Positions 9,803-20,033 of a DNA stretch of 56,344 nucleotides are shown piece after piece. The notes under the pieces are model-generated. The model made no database searches and was not told where the DNA came from. It saw only the letters and a list, made by a program, of their open reading frames with translations. The first letter of the stretch is position 1; each line of letters starts with the position of its first letter. The DNA lies in NCBI GenBank assembly GCA_007127335.1, contig SKZO01000038.1, positions 1 to 56,344 on the forward strand. The letters run 5' to 3'. The stretch comes from Spirochaetales bacterium (GTDB lineage Bacteria > Spirochaetota > Spirochaetia > DSM-27196 > SLST01). The position numbers and the translations under genes were made by a program.

Positions 9803-10338
9803 TACCAGCTGTCCTCCATCGCGAAGATCGCGTCCTCCTGATTCGAGTAGAGGAACTCGGTCTCCGTGATCGCCGTCCGCAGGAGCCGCGTCTCCTTGAG
9901 ATTGCAGTTCTCGAAGCGCACCTCCCGAAGGGCCGCGGAGTTGAAACGCGAGTGAAGGAGATCACAGTCATCAAAGACGACTTCCCTCGCCTGCAGCCCG
10001 TTGAAGTTGCACTGGATCACGTTACACCCGGTGAACGACATTCGTACGACACGGCTCGCACCGAACACGCAGTTCTTGAGTTTCACGTTCGAGAACGTTA
10101 CGTCGGTGAACGAGGCGAACGGGAAGAAGCACAGCTCCAGCGAGCACTCGGTCACCGTTGCATTCGCGATCGTCATGGAGGCGAAGTTGCAGCCGTAGAA
10201 GGAGTTCCCCCTGATCCCGATCCCGGCAAGACTGAGCCCCGGCATGTTGAGGTCGGAGATGAATCTCCGGTCTTCTAGCAGCAGCGCGAGCTCCTCTGCT
10301 TCCGCGGACGGTGTCCGCGACTCGTGCGGATTGAACAT
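9802..10338 (-). CDS. Pentapeptide repeat-containing protein
   Basis: C-terminal 178 aa of ORF 9802..11565 has 5-residue periodicity (NSFYG CNFAS MTIAN ATVTE CSLEL CFFPF ASFTD VTFSN VKLKN CVFGA...). ATG at 10338. Confidence 0.85.
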   Translation of the reverse strand: MFNPHESRTPSAEAEELALLLEDRRFISDLNMPGLSLAGIGIRGNSFYGCNFASMTIANATVTECSLELCFFPFASFTDVTFSNVKLKNCVFGASRVVRMSFTGCNVIQCNFNGLQAREVVFDDCDLLHSRFNSAALREVRFENCNLKETRLLRTAITETEFLYSNQEDAIFAMEDSW

Positions 10339-10344
10339 GGTTCG

Positions 10345-10455
10345 ATCGTACCGCCGGTGGCGACGGAACTCAAGCGCCGGCGAAACTGTGCGAAGCGGGT
10401 CTGCGGGTCTCTCCCGGACGACCGATTGAAGCGACGGTACCGGGAGGAGTATCAT
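10345..10455. promoter_or_regulatory. Divergent promoters for the pentapeptide/MBL pair (-) and the Cys-rich protein-murI-mutS2 unit (+)
   Basis: Minus strand TTGAGT-17-TACGAT-6 nt-ATG. Plus strand TTGAAG-18-TATCAT-5 nt-ATG 10461. Confidence 0.55.
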
Positions 10456-10460
10456 GACCC

Positions 10461-10748
10461 ATGGCCACCTGTTTCGAGTGCGGAGAGCCGCTTCCGTCGC
10501 GCATATACCGGAATACCCTGTGCGAGTCGTGCGGCGCGGATGCGAAAGTCTGTCTGAACTGCGACTTCTACGACACGGGCGCGCAATGGCAGTGCCGGGA
10601 GACGATCTCTGAGCCGGTGCGGGAGAAGAACCGCGCGAACTTCTGCGACTTCTTCCGCCCGGCTGCGGTTTCGCGCGGCGGCACGAAGAAGCCGGAGGAC
10701 GATCGCGGCGCCCGCGACGCCTTCTCCAGGCTTTTTGGCGATGAGTGA
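10461..10748 (+). CDS. Small Cys-rich putative zinc-binding protein
   Basis: CFEC, CESC, CLNC plus QCRE and NFCDFF (8 Cys); overlaps the murI start. Confidence 0.8.
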   Translation: MATCFECGEPLPSRIYRNTLCESCGADAKVCLNCDFYDTGAQWQCRETISEPVREKNRANFCDFFRPAAVSRGGTKKPEDDRGARDAFSRLFGDE

Positions 10749-11571
10749 TCGCCCGATCGGGTTCCTCGATTCCGGTCTCGGGGGTGTCCCGTACCTGCTC
10801 TCGGTTCGCGCTCGCGCTCCCGCAGAGCGTCTGGTCTACTACGCTGATACCGCCAATTTCCCCTACGGGGACCGTCCGGAGTCGCAGGTGCGCCGAATCG
10901 TGCTCGATGCGGTTGCCCGGCTCGTGGAGATCGCCGATCCGCGACTGATCGTGCTTGCCTGCAATACGGCGAGTGTCGTCGGGCTCGACGAGCTGCGGCG
11001 GGAGTTCGACGTGCCGTTCGTTGGCGTCGTGCCGGCGATCAAGCCCGCCGTTGAGCGGGGAGCGTCCGGTCGGATCGGCGTGCTCGCCACGAGTCGAACC
11101 GTCGGTGGCGGCTACCTCGCGGGACTGATCAGCCGCTTCGCGCCTGGGGAGCGGGTCGAGCTGGTCGCGGCTGATGAGCTCGTCCGCACGATCGAGTCCC
11201 GTCTTGGCGAGCTCGATGACCGTGAGCTCGCCGCGATGCTGCATCCGTCGATCGAACGGCTCCGCGCGGCAGGCGTACGAACGATCGTCCTCGGGTGCAC
11301 CCATTTCGTCCACGTTCGTGGGTTCATCGAGCATCTCGCCGGGCCTCAGGTGGCGGTGCTCGATTCGGTCGAGGGAGTCGTGCGCCAGACGGTGCGGCTT
11401 GCGCGGGGTTCCGCGGCCGGCGGCGAGACCGGGCAGAGTGACCCGAAGGCGTCGCCGACCATCCTGGTGTCCGGGCCCGCCGGCTCGAGCTACCGCTTCC
11501 TGGCATCGGCCCATGGGCTGCAAGTGCGGGCGGCGGCCGCGGTCGACCGTCGATCCGGGGTGCACCGGTGA
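10741..11571 (+). CDS. murI: Glutamate racemase
   Basis: IGFLDSGLGG, FPYG, LACNTAS and LGCTHF (catalytic Cys pair), VVPAIKPA. Confidence 0.95.
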   Translation: MSDRPIGFLDSGLGGVPYLLSVRARAPAERLVYYADTANFPYGDRPESQVRRIVLDAVARLVEIADPRLIVLACNTASVVGLDELRREFDVPFVGVVPAIKPAVERGASGRIGVLATSRTVGGGYLAGLISRFAPGERVELVAADELVRTIESRLGELDDRELAAMLHPSIERLRAAGVRTIVLGCTHFVHVRGFIEHLAGPQVAVLDSVEGVVRQTVRLARGSAAGGETGQSDPKASPTILVSGPAGSSYRFLASAHGLQVRAAAAVDRRSGVHR

Positions 11572-13964
11572 ACCGGCATTCGCTGCGGGTACTCGAGTTC
11601 GAGAAGATTCGACACCGGGTTCGGGAGCGCTGTCTCACCGACGAAGCTGCTGCCGCGATCCGTCGTGAGCGAGTGCGAACTGAAGCCGGGGCAATCCGCG
11701 CGATGCTCGACCGCGTGGAGGTCCTCAAGTCCTGTCTGGCGACCACCGTCGATTTTCCGGACCTGAGCTTCCCCGCAGTCACCGCTATCCTCGACCGGGT
11801 TGCCAAGGAAGGGACGGTGCTCGAGCCGCCGGAGATCGCCCGGATCGCACTCTTTGCCAGCAGCTCACATGCGCTGCACCGGTACCTCCGCGCAGCGGCG
11901 GACGCGGCCGGCACCGCGACGCGACTCGCGTCGTTCATCGGTGATCATCCGCCGGTGCGTCCGATCTATGAGCGACTCTTCCGGTACGTAGACCCCGACG
12001 GCTCCGTGCGGGAACGCGAGATCCCTCAGTTGCGTGCGATCCGTGGCGAGATCCTGCGCGCGCAGCAGGATCTTCAGAAGAGCGCGGTATCTCTTGCCCA
12101 GCGCGATGATGTGAAACGGCTGCTCAGCACGTCGGTGCCGACGCAACGCGACGGTCGGACCGTGCTCGCGCTGAAGGCGGATCACCGCGGGAAGCTGCAC
12201 GGCATCGTCCACGAGGTCTCCGGGTCGGGCGCGACGGTGTTCGTCGAGCCGGAGGATCTCGTGGCACGCAATAATGCCGTCGTCGAGGCGGAGAACCGGT
12301 ACCGCAACGAGTTGCTGCGGATCATGCGGGATCTCTCGAGCTTCTGTCGCGGGGCGATTGGTACGCTGCGCGATACGCGCGCGCTCGCGGTTGATATTGA
12401 TCTGGTGCTGTGCAGGGCCCGGTTTGCTCGGGACTATGGGTGCGAGCGGGCGAATCCGGGTGTTGAACGGCTGCTCCTTCGCGGCGCGCGACATCCTCTG
12501 CTCGGCGATGCCGCCGTCCCGATCAACGTGGACATGCCGGACGGCAAGCGCGTGCTCATCGTGACCGGCCCCAACACCGGCGGCAAGACCGTGACGCTCA
12601 AGACGATCGGGCTTCTCGCGCTGATGAACCAGTTCGGTCTCGAGATTCCCGCCGGGCCGGGGAGCGAGGTTCCGGTGTTCACGGGTGTCTTCGCCGATAT
12701 CGGCGATGAGCAGAGCATTGAACAGAACCTGTCGACCTTCTCCGGCCACATGCGCAATATCGCCCGTATACTCAACCATGCCGACGATACGTCGCTGGTG
12801 CTGCTCGACGAGCTCGGCTCCGGAACAGATCCGGAGGAGGGCGGTGCGCTTGCGATGGCGATCCTCGACGAGCTCCTCGCGAGGCGGCCGTTCACGGTCG
12901 TCACCACTCATCACGGGAGACTCAAGCACTATGGTTTCACACATCCGCAGGCGCTGAACGCCTCGGTGGAGTTCGACTCAGACAGCCTTCGTCCGACGTA
13001 CCACATCATTCCCGGGGTTCCCGGCTCGAGCCACGCCGTAGAGATCGCCTCGCAGATGGGCATACTGCGTTCGGTCACCTCGCAGGCGAAGGCGTACCTG
13101 GCCGGCGAGGAATACGATACCGGGCGAATCATCCGTCGGCTGACCGACAGGGAACAGGAGCTGCACCGGCAGGAACAGGAGATCAGACGGCGTGAGTGCG
13201 TGATTGACCAGGAGGCGCGTGGGTTTGCCGCGCGCGCGCAGGACCTCGAGCGGCGTGAGCAGGAAGTACGCAGCGGCAGGCTTCGAGAGCTCGAACAGTG
13301 GGCCTCAGAGGCGCGAAGCCGACTCGAGAACCTCGTGCGTGAGATCCGTGAGGGCGAGCTCACGAAGGAGAAGACGCAGGCCGTGAAGGCCTTCATCGCA
13401 GAGATCGGCGACGATCTCGGGCGGGAGCGCGACTCAGCAGCAACGCCTGCGCGCAGCGTCGCCGGGCGTGACCGACCTTCCGCGGAGGTTCCGGATCCTG
13501 CCGCGACTCTCGACGACTCCCGGCCGTCGGAGGGAGTGGCGGTGCGCCTGCGCAGCAGCGGGAAGGAAGGCGTGGTACAGCGCAGAGGCAAGGGGACGAC
13601 CTGGATCGTGCAGCTTGGACCGGTGCGCCTGCCGGTCGAGGAGCACGATCTTGTACCGATTCGTCTCCGCGAAGAGGACCCCTCGGTCAGTTACGCGGGA
13701 GCTTCCGCCGGCGACCATGCTCCGTCACTCGAGCTCGATCTCCGCGGATACCGGCTCGAAGACGCCCTCGCGGCGGTCGAACGTCAGATCGACCGCGCCC
13801 TGCTCTCGGGATTGCGTGACTTCGGCATCGTCCACGGCATGGGCGAGGGTGTCCTCCAGCAGGGGGTCCGCGAGCTGCTCCGGGAGCATCCGCACGTGGC
13901 TGCATTCGAGTACGCCCGGCCGGAAGAGGGCGGATTCGGGAAGACCGACGTGCACCTGAGGTGA
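11568..13964 (+). CDS. mutS2: Endonuclease MutS2
   Basis: LEFEKI N-terminus, ARHPLL, TGPNTGGKT, DIGDEQSIEQNLSTFSGH, LLDELGSGTDP, C-terminal Smr domain (LDLRG...VHGMGEGVL). Confidence 0.95.
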   Translation: MNRHSLRVLEFEKIRHRVRERCLTDEAAAAIRRERVRTEAGAIRAMLDRVEVLKSCLATTVDFPDLSFPAVTAILDRVAKEGTVLEPPEIARIALFASSSHALHRYLRAAADAAGTATRLASFIGDHPPVRPIYERLFRYVDPDGSVREREIPQLRAIRGEILRAQQDLQKSAVSLAQRDDVKRLLSTSVPTQRDGRTVLALKADHRGKLHGIVHEVSGSGATVFVEPEDLVARNNAVVEAENRYRNELLRIMRDLSSFCRGAIGTLRDTRALAVDIDLVLCRARFARDYGCERANPGVERLLLRGARHPLLGDAAVPINVDMPDGKRVLIVTGPNTGGKTVTLKTIGLLALMNQFGLEIPAGPGSEVPVFTGVFADIGDEQSIEQNLSTFSGHMRNIARILNHADDTSLVLLDELGSGTDPEEGGALAMAILDELLARRPFTVVTTHHGRLKHYGFTHPQALNASVEFDSDSLRPTYHIIPGVPGSSHAVEIASQMGILRSVTSQAKAYLAGEEYDTGRIIRRLTDREQELHRQEQEIRRRECVIDQEARGFAARAQDLERREQEVRSGRLRELEQWASEARSRLENLVREIREGELTKEKTQAVKAFIAEIGDDLGRERDSAATPARSVAGRDRPSAEVPDPAATLDDSRPSEGVAVRLRSSGKEGVVQRRGKGTTWIVQLGPVRLPVEEHDLVPIRLREEDPSVSYAGASAGDHAPSLELDLRGYRLEDALAAVERQIDRALLSGLRDFGIVHGMGEGVLQQGVRELLREHPHVAAFEYARPEEGGFGKTDVHLR

Positions 13965-14022
13965 CCGTGCGACGTCTCCCTCGGACCTTGGCGCAGAAGA
14001 GTCGTTGTACTACTATCGCCTC

Positions 14023-14628
14023 ATGAGAGTTTTGCGGTCTGTACGACGCGCCCTCGGGTTTGCGCTAGTCGCCATGCTGTTCGGAGGCTGCCTGAGCACC
14101 GACACGACGATCTCGTTGAGGCAGGACGGGTCGGGGACCGTTGAGCTCGTGTACCTCATTGACCGTCAGGCGTGGGAGACCGGCGTCTTCGACGAGAGCG
14201 ACGCGGCGCGACCGGTTCCCGTCAGCCGGCGCGACTTTGACCGGGCCGTCCTCCAGGTGGAAGGACTGCGGCTGCGATCGCACCGGATCGTTCGCGATGA
14301 CGACCTCGTCACCGTCACCGCCCGGATCACGTTCGCCGACGTCGACTCTCTTCGCGCATTCCTGGGAGCCGACCTTCTTGACGTCCGGCTCTCGGAAAGC
14401 GACGGACACTGGCGTCAGGTCATCGCCGCGGGACGCGGTGATCCACGTGCCCAGGAGCTCGCCCGGAGTCTCGAAGGGTACGAGATGCGATTCCTGCTCA
14501 CCCCGCCTCGGCCGGTGGTGTCGGGCAGCGCAGGCGCGGTCGCCGGGGCTGCGACCGCCTCGTTCGCCGTCTCGCTGTCGGATATCGTGACCGCTGCAGA
14601 CCCGATCCTCTGGGAGGTGCGCTGGTGA
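14023..14628 (+). CDS. Putative lipoprotein, unknown function
   Basis: MRVLRSVRRALGFALVAMLFGG-C lipobox; preceded by TTGGCG-17-TACTAT-6 nt-ATG. Confidence 0.75.
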   Translation: MRVLRSVRRALGFALVAMLFGGCLSTDTTISLRQDGSGTVELVYLIDRQAWETGVFDESDAARPVPVSRRDFDRAVLQVEGLRLRSHRIVRDDDLVTVTARITFADVDSLRAFLGADLLDVRLSESDGHWRQVIAAGRGDPRAQELARSLEGYEMRFLLTPPRPVVSGSAGAVAGAATASFAVSLSDIVTAADPILWEVRW

Positions 14629-15023
14629 GGCATCCCCGTCTCATCGAGTTCGATGCGACGCTCAAGCGACTGTTCGACAGCGTCAACGACGAGCTCGAAG
14701 AGAGGTACGGAGATCAATACCCGCTCCATCCGGCACGGCCTCGTCATCGTGAGACTGCGAACCGCGCGCACGACGGGCTGTTCAACGTGGGTGCGAGCTT
14801 CACCGCGGGGTACGGATCGCGATTGGGAAGGGGGTACGTCGTTCAGGTCGACATGGTCACCCTCGAGCAGGTTCCACCCGCCGTCCGTGCGGGAATCGAA
14901 CAGGAGGCTGTTGACCTGGTCGAGCGGAAACTGCCGTACTACTTTCCCCACCGCCGTCTCACTGTCGAGCGGGACCGTCATGCGTTCAAGATTCACGGAG
15001 ACCTCCGGCTCGGTGAGGTGTAG
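14625..15023 (+). CDS. Hypothetical cytoplasmic protein
   Basis: GTGA overlap with the upstream gene; host-like codon usage; LEERYG..YPLHPARP, DGLF, FTAGYGS..GRGY. Confidence 0.75.
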   Translation: MRHPRLIEFDATLKRLFDSVNDELEERYGDQYPLHPARPRHRETANRAHDGLFNVGASFTAGYGSRLGRGYVVQVDMVTLEQVPPAVRAGIEQEAVDLVERKLPYYFPHRRLTVERDRHAFKIHGDLRLGEV

Positions 15024-15048
15024 TGGGGGCGAAATCTCCAATTCTCCC

Positions 15049-15078
15049 TTGAACCTGGGGGAGCATATCCATTACTAT
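15049..15078 (+). promoter_or_regulatory. sigma70-type promoter of the V-ATPase operon
   Basis: TTGAAC-18-TACTAT; GAGG RBS before ATG 15112. Confidence 0.55.
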
Positions 15079-15111
15079 TCTCCTGTCCCAATCTGAGATC
15101 ACGAGGTCAGC

Positions 15112-15723
15112 ATGGATACCCAGCTCAAGGAACTCATCGAGACGATCAAGGCCGAGGGCGTGCAGGGCGCGGAAAAACAGGCGCAGCAGATCATCACCTC
15201 AGCTGAGGAGAAGTCCGAAGATCTCATCTCGCAGGCGCGTGCCCGCGCGGCCGAGATCGTCGAGCAGGCGAACAGCGATCGGGCCAGACAGGAGGCCGCC
15301 GGGAAGGAGGCCGTCAAACAGGCCGCGAGGGATCTCCTGCTCAACGTTCAGTCGCAGCTGACCGCCATGTTCCGGACCGTCGTCGAGAACGCCGTGGAGC
15401 AGAGCTTCGATGCCGGCGTGCTCGAGCGGGCCGTCGAGACGGTGATCGGGGCCTGGGCGCAGGGCACGGATGCGTCAATCGACGTGCTGCTCTCGGAAAA
15501 GGACCTCGCCACGCTCGAATCGTCGCTTCGAACGAAGCTCGCCGACTATCTCCGGTCCGGAGCCGAGATCAAGGCTGCCGCCGGAATCCAGAGCGGGTTC
15601 CGGGTGTCGACGCGCGACGGCGTATACTACGACTTCACCGTAGATGCGGTTGCCGAAGGGCTGTGTGCCTACGTTACTCCCCGGCTGGCGGAGACGATCC
15701 GCGAGGCCGCAAAGGACACGTAG
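15112..15723 (+). CDS. ntpE: V-type ATP synthase subunit E
   Basis: MDTQLKELIETIKAEGV..AE..A coiled-coil N-terminus; first gene of the operon. Confidence 0.88.
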   Translation: MDTQLKELIETIKAEGVQGAEKQAQQIITSAEEKSEDLISQARARAAEIVEQANSDRARQEAAGKEAVKQAARDLLLNVQSQLTAMFRTVVENAVEQSFDAGVLERAVETVIGAWAQGTDASIDVLLSEKDLATLESSLRTKLADYLRSGAEIKAAAGIQSGFRVSTRDGVYYDFTVDAVAEGLCAYVTPRLAETIREAAKDT

Positions 15724-15731
15724 GAGCAGGC

Positions 15732-16307
15732 GTGAGTCAGTACTATTTCCTGGTTGCGAGCCTTCCGCTCCTCAGCTACGAGCAACGCGACGCCACCGAG
15801 CCGCAGGAGTTCCTTGCCCTCCTTGCGGAGCATCTCAGCGCGTCTGATCTGGCCCTCGTTCGGAATGCCACGATCGACCCGCCGGAGGGGACGTGTGCCT
15901 CGGCGAGCCCGGTGATCAGGGCCTGGACCGGCTTCGAACGTGGCCTGCGAAACGGTCTCGTGCGCCTGCGGGCGGCACGCCTGTCGACCGAGCCGGGACA
16001 CTACCTGCGACCCGACGAGAACGGTGACTACGGTGACACTTCTGCTGAGATCGGTGAGGCGGCCCGTGAGGCGATGGCCCACGATTCGCCGCTTTCCGCG
16101 GAAGACACGCTGAACCGCGCTCGTTGGCTGTTTCTCGATCAGCTGCAGGTGGGGCACTATTTCGATCTCGAGCATATTGCGGTCTACTATCTTCGCCTTC
16201 AGATACACGCGCGGCGACGACGTTTCGATCACGATCAGGGGCAGGCCCGATTCGCGCGGATCAGCGATCAGATAATGAACGATTACTACCAGGAGCACAG
16301 CGAATGA
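15732..16307 (+). CDS. DUF2764-like V-ATPase-associated protein (subunit C-like)
   Basis: SQYYFLVASLP..L, FERGLRN.L..LRA, HYFDLE....Y.L.LQI; lies between E and A; AGGAG RBS with GTG start. Confidence 0.8.
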   Translation: MSQYYFLVASLPLLSYEQRDATEPQEFLALLAEHLSASDLALVRNATIDPPEGTCASASPVIRAWTGFERGLRNGLVRLRAARLSTEPGHYLRPDENGDYGDTSAEIGEAAREAMAHDSPLSAEDTLNRARWLFLDQLQVGHYFDLEHIAVYYLRLQIHARRRRFDHDQGQARFARISDQIMNDYYQEHSE

Positions 16308-18085
16308 GCCAGTCACGAGGAACAGTCATTGGCGTGAACGGCAACATGGTTTCCGTCGAGGTCGAGGGCGAAGTCGCTCTGAACGAGGTCGGGTACATCG
16401 ACACTGAGAGTGGCGAGGAGCGCCGCCGTCTGAAGAGCGAGGTCATCCGTGTACGCGGGTCTCGAGCGGAGGTTCAGGTCTTCGAGATGACCACCGGAAT
16501 CGGCGTCGGCGATCACGTCGAGTTCACCGGCGAGTTGCTCGCCGTCGAACTGGGGCCGGGTCTCCTCGCGAAGGTGTACGACGGCCTGCAGAATCCATTG
16601 CCGGAGCTTGCTGCGCAGTGCGGGTTCTTCCTCGATCGCGGTGTCTACATCGAGGCGCTTGACCGGGAGACGAAGTGGCGGTTCACGCCGAAAGCGTCAA
16701 TCGGCGATCGGGTTGAGCGTGCGGACACGCTTGGTGTGGTTCCCGAAGGCATCTTCGAGCATCGCATCATGGTCCCGTTCAACCGGTACGGCACGTACAC
16801 GGTGAAGGAAATCGCGTCCGAAGGGGAGTATGTCGTCACAGATCGTATCGCGGTCCTCGAGGACTCCTCGGGAGAGCAGATACCGGTGACGATGATGTTC
16901 GAGTGGCCGGTGAAGCGTCCGATCGAGTGTTACGCCGAGCGGCTCAAACCCGCCGACCCGATGGTCACGAAGGTACGCATCATCGACACCTTCTTCCCGG
17001 TTGCGCTCGGCGGGACGTACTGCATTCCCGGCCCCTTCGGGGCCGGAAAGACGGTCCTGCAGCAGATCACGAGTCGCAATGCCGACGTGGACATCGTCAT
17101 CGTCGCCGCCTGTGGCGAACGCGCCGGTGAGGTCGTTGAGACTCTGCGGGAGTTCCCGGAGTTGATCGATCCGCGGACCGGCCGCACCCTGATGGAACGA
17201 ACCGTCATCATCTGCAACACGAGCTCGATGCCGGTTGCGGCGCGAGAGGCGTCCGTCTACACCGCGGTGACCATTGCCGAGTACTACCGGCAGATGGGGT
17301 TGAACGTGCTGCTCCTCGCGGATTCCACGAGTCGCTGGGCACAGGCGATGCGCGAAATGTCCGGCCGTCTCGAAGAGATCCCCGGTGAGGAAGCCTTTCC
17401 GGCCTACCTCGAGTCAGTGATTGCCGCCTTCTACGAGCGGGCCGGAGTGGTCAACCTGCGCGACGGCGGCCGCGGCTCGGTGACCATCGGCGGGACCGTG
17501 AGCCCGGCCGGCGGCAACTTCGAAGAGCCGGTGACCCAGGCGACGCTCAAGGTCGTCGGAGCCTTCCATGGCCTGTCCCGGGAGCGATCGGACGCACGTC
17601 GGTACCCGTCGATTCACCCCCTCGAGTCGTGGAGCAAGTATGCGGGATCGATCGATCGGGGGATGGTGGAGTATGCCCGTGAAGTGCTGCACCACGGCAA
17701 CGAGGTCGGGCAGATGATGAAGGTCGTCGGAGAAGAGGGAACGAGCCTCGACGACTACGTCTGGTACCTGAAGAGCGAGTTCACCGATTCGGTGTACCTC
17801 CAGCAGAATGCATTCGACCCCGTTGACGCGGCGGTGAGCGTCGAGCGGCAGAAGTATACCTTTGAGATTCTGTTCGACCTACTCACGACGCGCCTGAATT
17901 TCGGGCAGAAAGAGGAGGCGCGCGCCTGGTTCGCCCAGCTTCGGCAGCGGTTCCTGGATCTGAACGGAACCGAGTGGCAGAGCGACGCCTTCAAGGAGCT
18001 GGTTGCGGACATCAAGAAGGCCGTTGATTCCATGCGGGCCGGTGTCGAGGACAATGCGGTCTCGATCGTCGGTGAGATGCGATAG
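16304..18085 (+). CDS. ntpA: V-type ATP synthase subunit A
   Basis: Walker [58 protein letters not shown]. Confidence 0.97.
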   Translation: MSQSRGTVIGVNGNMVSVEVEGEVALNEVGYIDTESGEERRRLKSEVIRVRGSRAEVQVFEMTTGIGVGDHVEFTGELLAVELGPGLLAKVYDGLQNPLPELAAQCGFFLDRGVYIEALDRETKWRFTPKASIGDRVERADTLGVVPEGIFEHRIMVPFNRYGTYTVKEIASEGEYVVTDRIAVLEDSSGEQIPVTMMFEWPVKRPIECYAERLKPADPMVTKVRIIDTFFPVALGGTYCIPGPFGAGKTVLQQITSRNADVDIVIVAACGERAGEVVETLREFPELIDPRTGRTLMERTVIICNTSSMPVAAREASVYTAVTIAEYYRQMGLNVLLLADSTSRWAQAMREMSGRLEEIPGEEAFPAYLESVIAAFYERAGVVNLRDGGRGSVTIGGTVSPAGGNFEEPVTQATLKVVGAFHGLSRERSDARRYPSIHPLESWSKYAGSIDRGMVEYAREVLHHGNEVGQMMKVVGEEGTSLDDYVWYLKSEFTDSVYLQQNAFDPVDAAVSVERQKYTFEILFDLLTTRLNFGQKEEARAWFAQLRQRFLDLNGTEWQSDAFKELVADIKKAVDSMRAGVEDNAVSIVGEMR

Positions 18086-18093
18086 GAGCTCCC

Positions 18094-19419
18094 ATGCGCA
18101 AGGTCTACAGCAAGATCGAATCGATTGCAGGCAACGTCATCACGGTAACCGCTGAGGATGTCCGGTACGGGCACCTGGCGATGGTCACCTCATCCCACGG
18201 GAAGAGCCTCGCTGAGGTAATCCGACTGAACGGGTCACAGGTCTCACTCCAGGTCTTCGCCGGCGGCCGCGGTGTCTCAACCGGTGATGAGGTCGTGTTC
18301 CTGGGCAGTCCCATGCAGGTCTCGTTCAGTGATAACCTGCTCGGGCGGATTTTCGACGGGAGCGGGAATCCCCGTGACAAGGGACCCGGGCTCGAGGAGA
18401 ATCTGATCGAGATTCGCGGTCCGTCGGTGAATCCTGCGATGCGTATCATCCCGCGGAACATGATCCGTACCGGCATCCCGATGATCGACGTTTTCAACAC
18501 CCTCGTCGAGAGTCAGAAGCTGCCTATCTTCAGCGTGAGCGGCGAACCGTACAATGAACTGCTGGCCCGCGTGGCGATGCAGGCCGAGGTAGACATGATC
18601 ATCCTTGGCGGCATGGGACTGAAGTACGACGACTATCTCTCCTTTCGCGAGGTGCTCGAGGAGGGGGGGGCGATGAGCCGCACGATCTTCTTCGTGCACA
18701 CCGCGAGCGACCCGGTGGTCGAATGTCTGCTCGTGCCCGATGTGGCGCTCGCCGTCGCCGAGAGATTTGCGCTGAACGGGAAGAAGGTGCTCGTGTTGCT
18801 GACCGACATGACCAATTTCTCCGACAGTCTCAAGGAGATCGCGATCACCATGGAGCAGGTCCCCTCGAACCGCGGCTACCCTGGAGACCTCTACAGCCAG
18901 CTCGCCTCACGGTACGAGAAGGCCGTCGATTTCGAAGGCGCCGGCTCGATCACGATCCTCGGTGTGACCACGATGCCCGGCGATGACGTGACGCACCCGG
19001 TGCCCGACAACACCGGGTACATCACCGAAGGCCAGTACTATCTGCGCAACGGGCGCATCGAGCCGTTCGGGTCTCTCTCCCGTCTGAAACAGCTCGTCAA
19101 CAGCGACACCCGTGAAGACCACCGCGCGATCATGGACGGCATGGTCACGCTCTACGCGAACTACAAGGAGTCTCTGGAGAAGAAGTCGATGGGGTTCCGC
19201 ATGTCCGACTGGGACCAGAAGCTTCTGCGGTACGGAGAGATGTTCGAGTCGAGCATGATGGATCTGTCCGTGAACATCCCGCTCGAACAGGCCCTCGATC
19301 GAGGCTGGGAGATCCTTGCCGAATGCTTCGAGCCGGCTGAGACGGGGCTCAGGACGGAACTGATCAACAGGTTCTGGCCCAAGGGCCGAACCGCAGCCGC
19401 GAACGAGGAGAGTGCCTGA
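18094..19419 (+). CDS. ntpB: V-type ATP synthase subunit B
   Basis: [59 protein letters not shown]. Confidence 0.97.
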   Translation: MRKVYSKIESIAGNVITVTAEDVRYGHLAMVTSSHGKSLAEVIRLNGSQVSLQVFAGGRGVSTGDEVVFLGSPMQVSFSDNLLGRIFDGSGNPRDKGPGLEENLIEIRGPSVNPAMRIIPRNMIRTGIPMIDVFNTLVESQKLPIFSVSGEPYNELLARVAMQAEVDMIILGGMGLKYDDYLSFREVLEEGGAMSRTIFFVHTASDPVVECLLVPDVALAVAERFALNGKKVLVLLTDMTNFSDSLKEIAITMEQVPSNRGYPGDLYSQLASRYEKAVDFEGAGSITILGVTTMPGDDVTHPVPDNTGYITEGQYYLRNGRIEPFGSLSRLKQLVNSDTREDHRAIMDGMVTLYANYKESLEKKSMGFRMSDWDQKLLRYGEMFESSMMDLSVNIPLEQALDRGWEILAECFEPAETGLRTELINRFWPKGRTAAANEESA

Positions 19420-19421
19420 AG

Positions 19422-20033
19422 ATGGCGCAGGTGAAGCTCACGAAAAATGAGCTGAAGCAGCAGAAGGACGCGCTGAAGCGGTTCCAGCGCTACCTGCCCA
19501 CGCTGCAGCTGAAGAAGCAGCAGCTGCAGATGGTCATCCGTCAGGTGGAAGCAGAGATGCGGGAGAAGGATGGCGAACGAGCGCGTCTCCACCGGCAGAC
19601 GATGAGCTGGGTCGAGGTCTTCGGTGAGGAGATCGGCCTTGAGAAGCTGCTCGAGATCCGGTCGCTCAGTACCAGCTCGGGGAATATCGCCGGTATAGAC
19701 ATTCCAGTGTTCGAGGGAATCGAGTTCACCGAACACCCGTACGATCTCTATGCAATGCCGCTCTGGGTCGATCGCGGTATCGACGCCCTGAAGCGCCTGC
19801 TTGCGCTGGACGCTGAAGTACGAGTCCTCAGGAGGCAACATGAGCTGCTGAGCGAGGAGCTGCGCATCACGACGCAGCGGGTCAATCTGTTCGAGAAGGT
19901 CAAGATCCCGGAGACGAAGGACAACATACGGATGATCCGCATTTATCTCGGTGACCAGCAAACGGCCGCCGTCGTCCGGGGGAAGATCGCGAAGGCCGGG
20001 ATCGATGCGAAGACGCATGCGGAGGCGCTATGA
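19422..20033 (+). CDS. ntpD: V-type ATP synthase subunit D
   Basis: KLTKNELK...LPTLQLKK, TTQRVNLFEKVKIP. Confidence 0.95.
   Translation: MAQVKLTKNELKQQKDALKRFQRYLPTLQLKKQQLQMVIRQVEAEMREKDGERARLHRQTMSWVEVFGEEIGLEKLLEIRSLSTSSGNIAGIDIPVFEGIEFTEHPYDLYAMPLWVDRGIDALKRLLALDAEVRVLRRQHELLSEELRITTQRVNLFEKVKIPETKDNIRMIRIYLGDQQTAAVVRGKIAKAGIDAKTHAEAL

Noticed and set aside
9802-11565. 587-aa ORF suggesting a large pentapeptide fusion protein
   Set aside because: The first roughly 400 codons are antisense to murI and the Cys-rich gene; a promoter sits directly before ATG 10338.
18661-18670. G8 tract in ntpB (and T7 near 31411) as phase-variation sites
   Set aside because: The tracts are short, in frame and inside conserved housekeeping genes.
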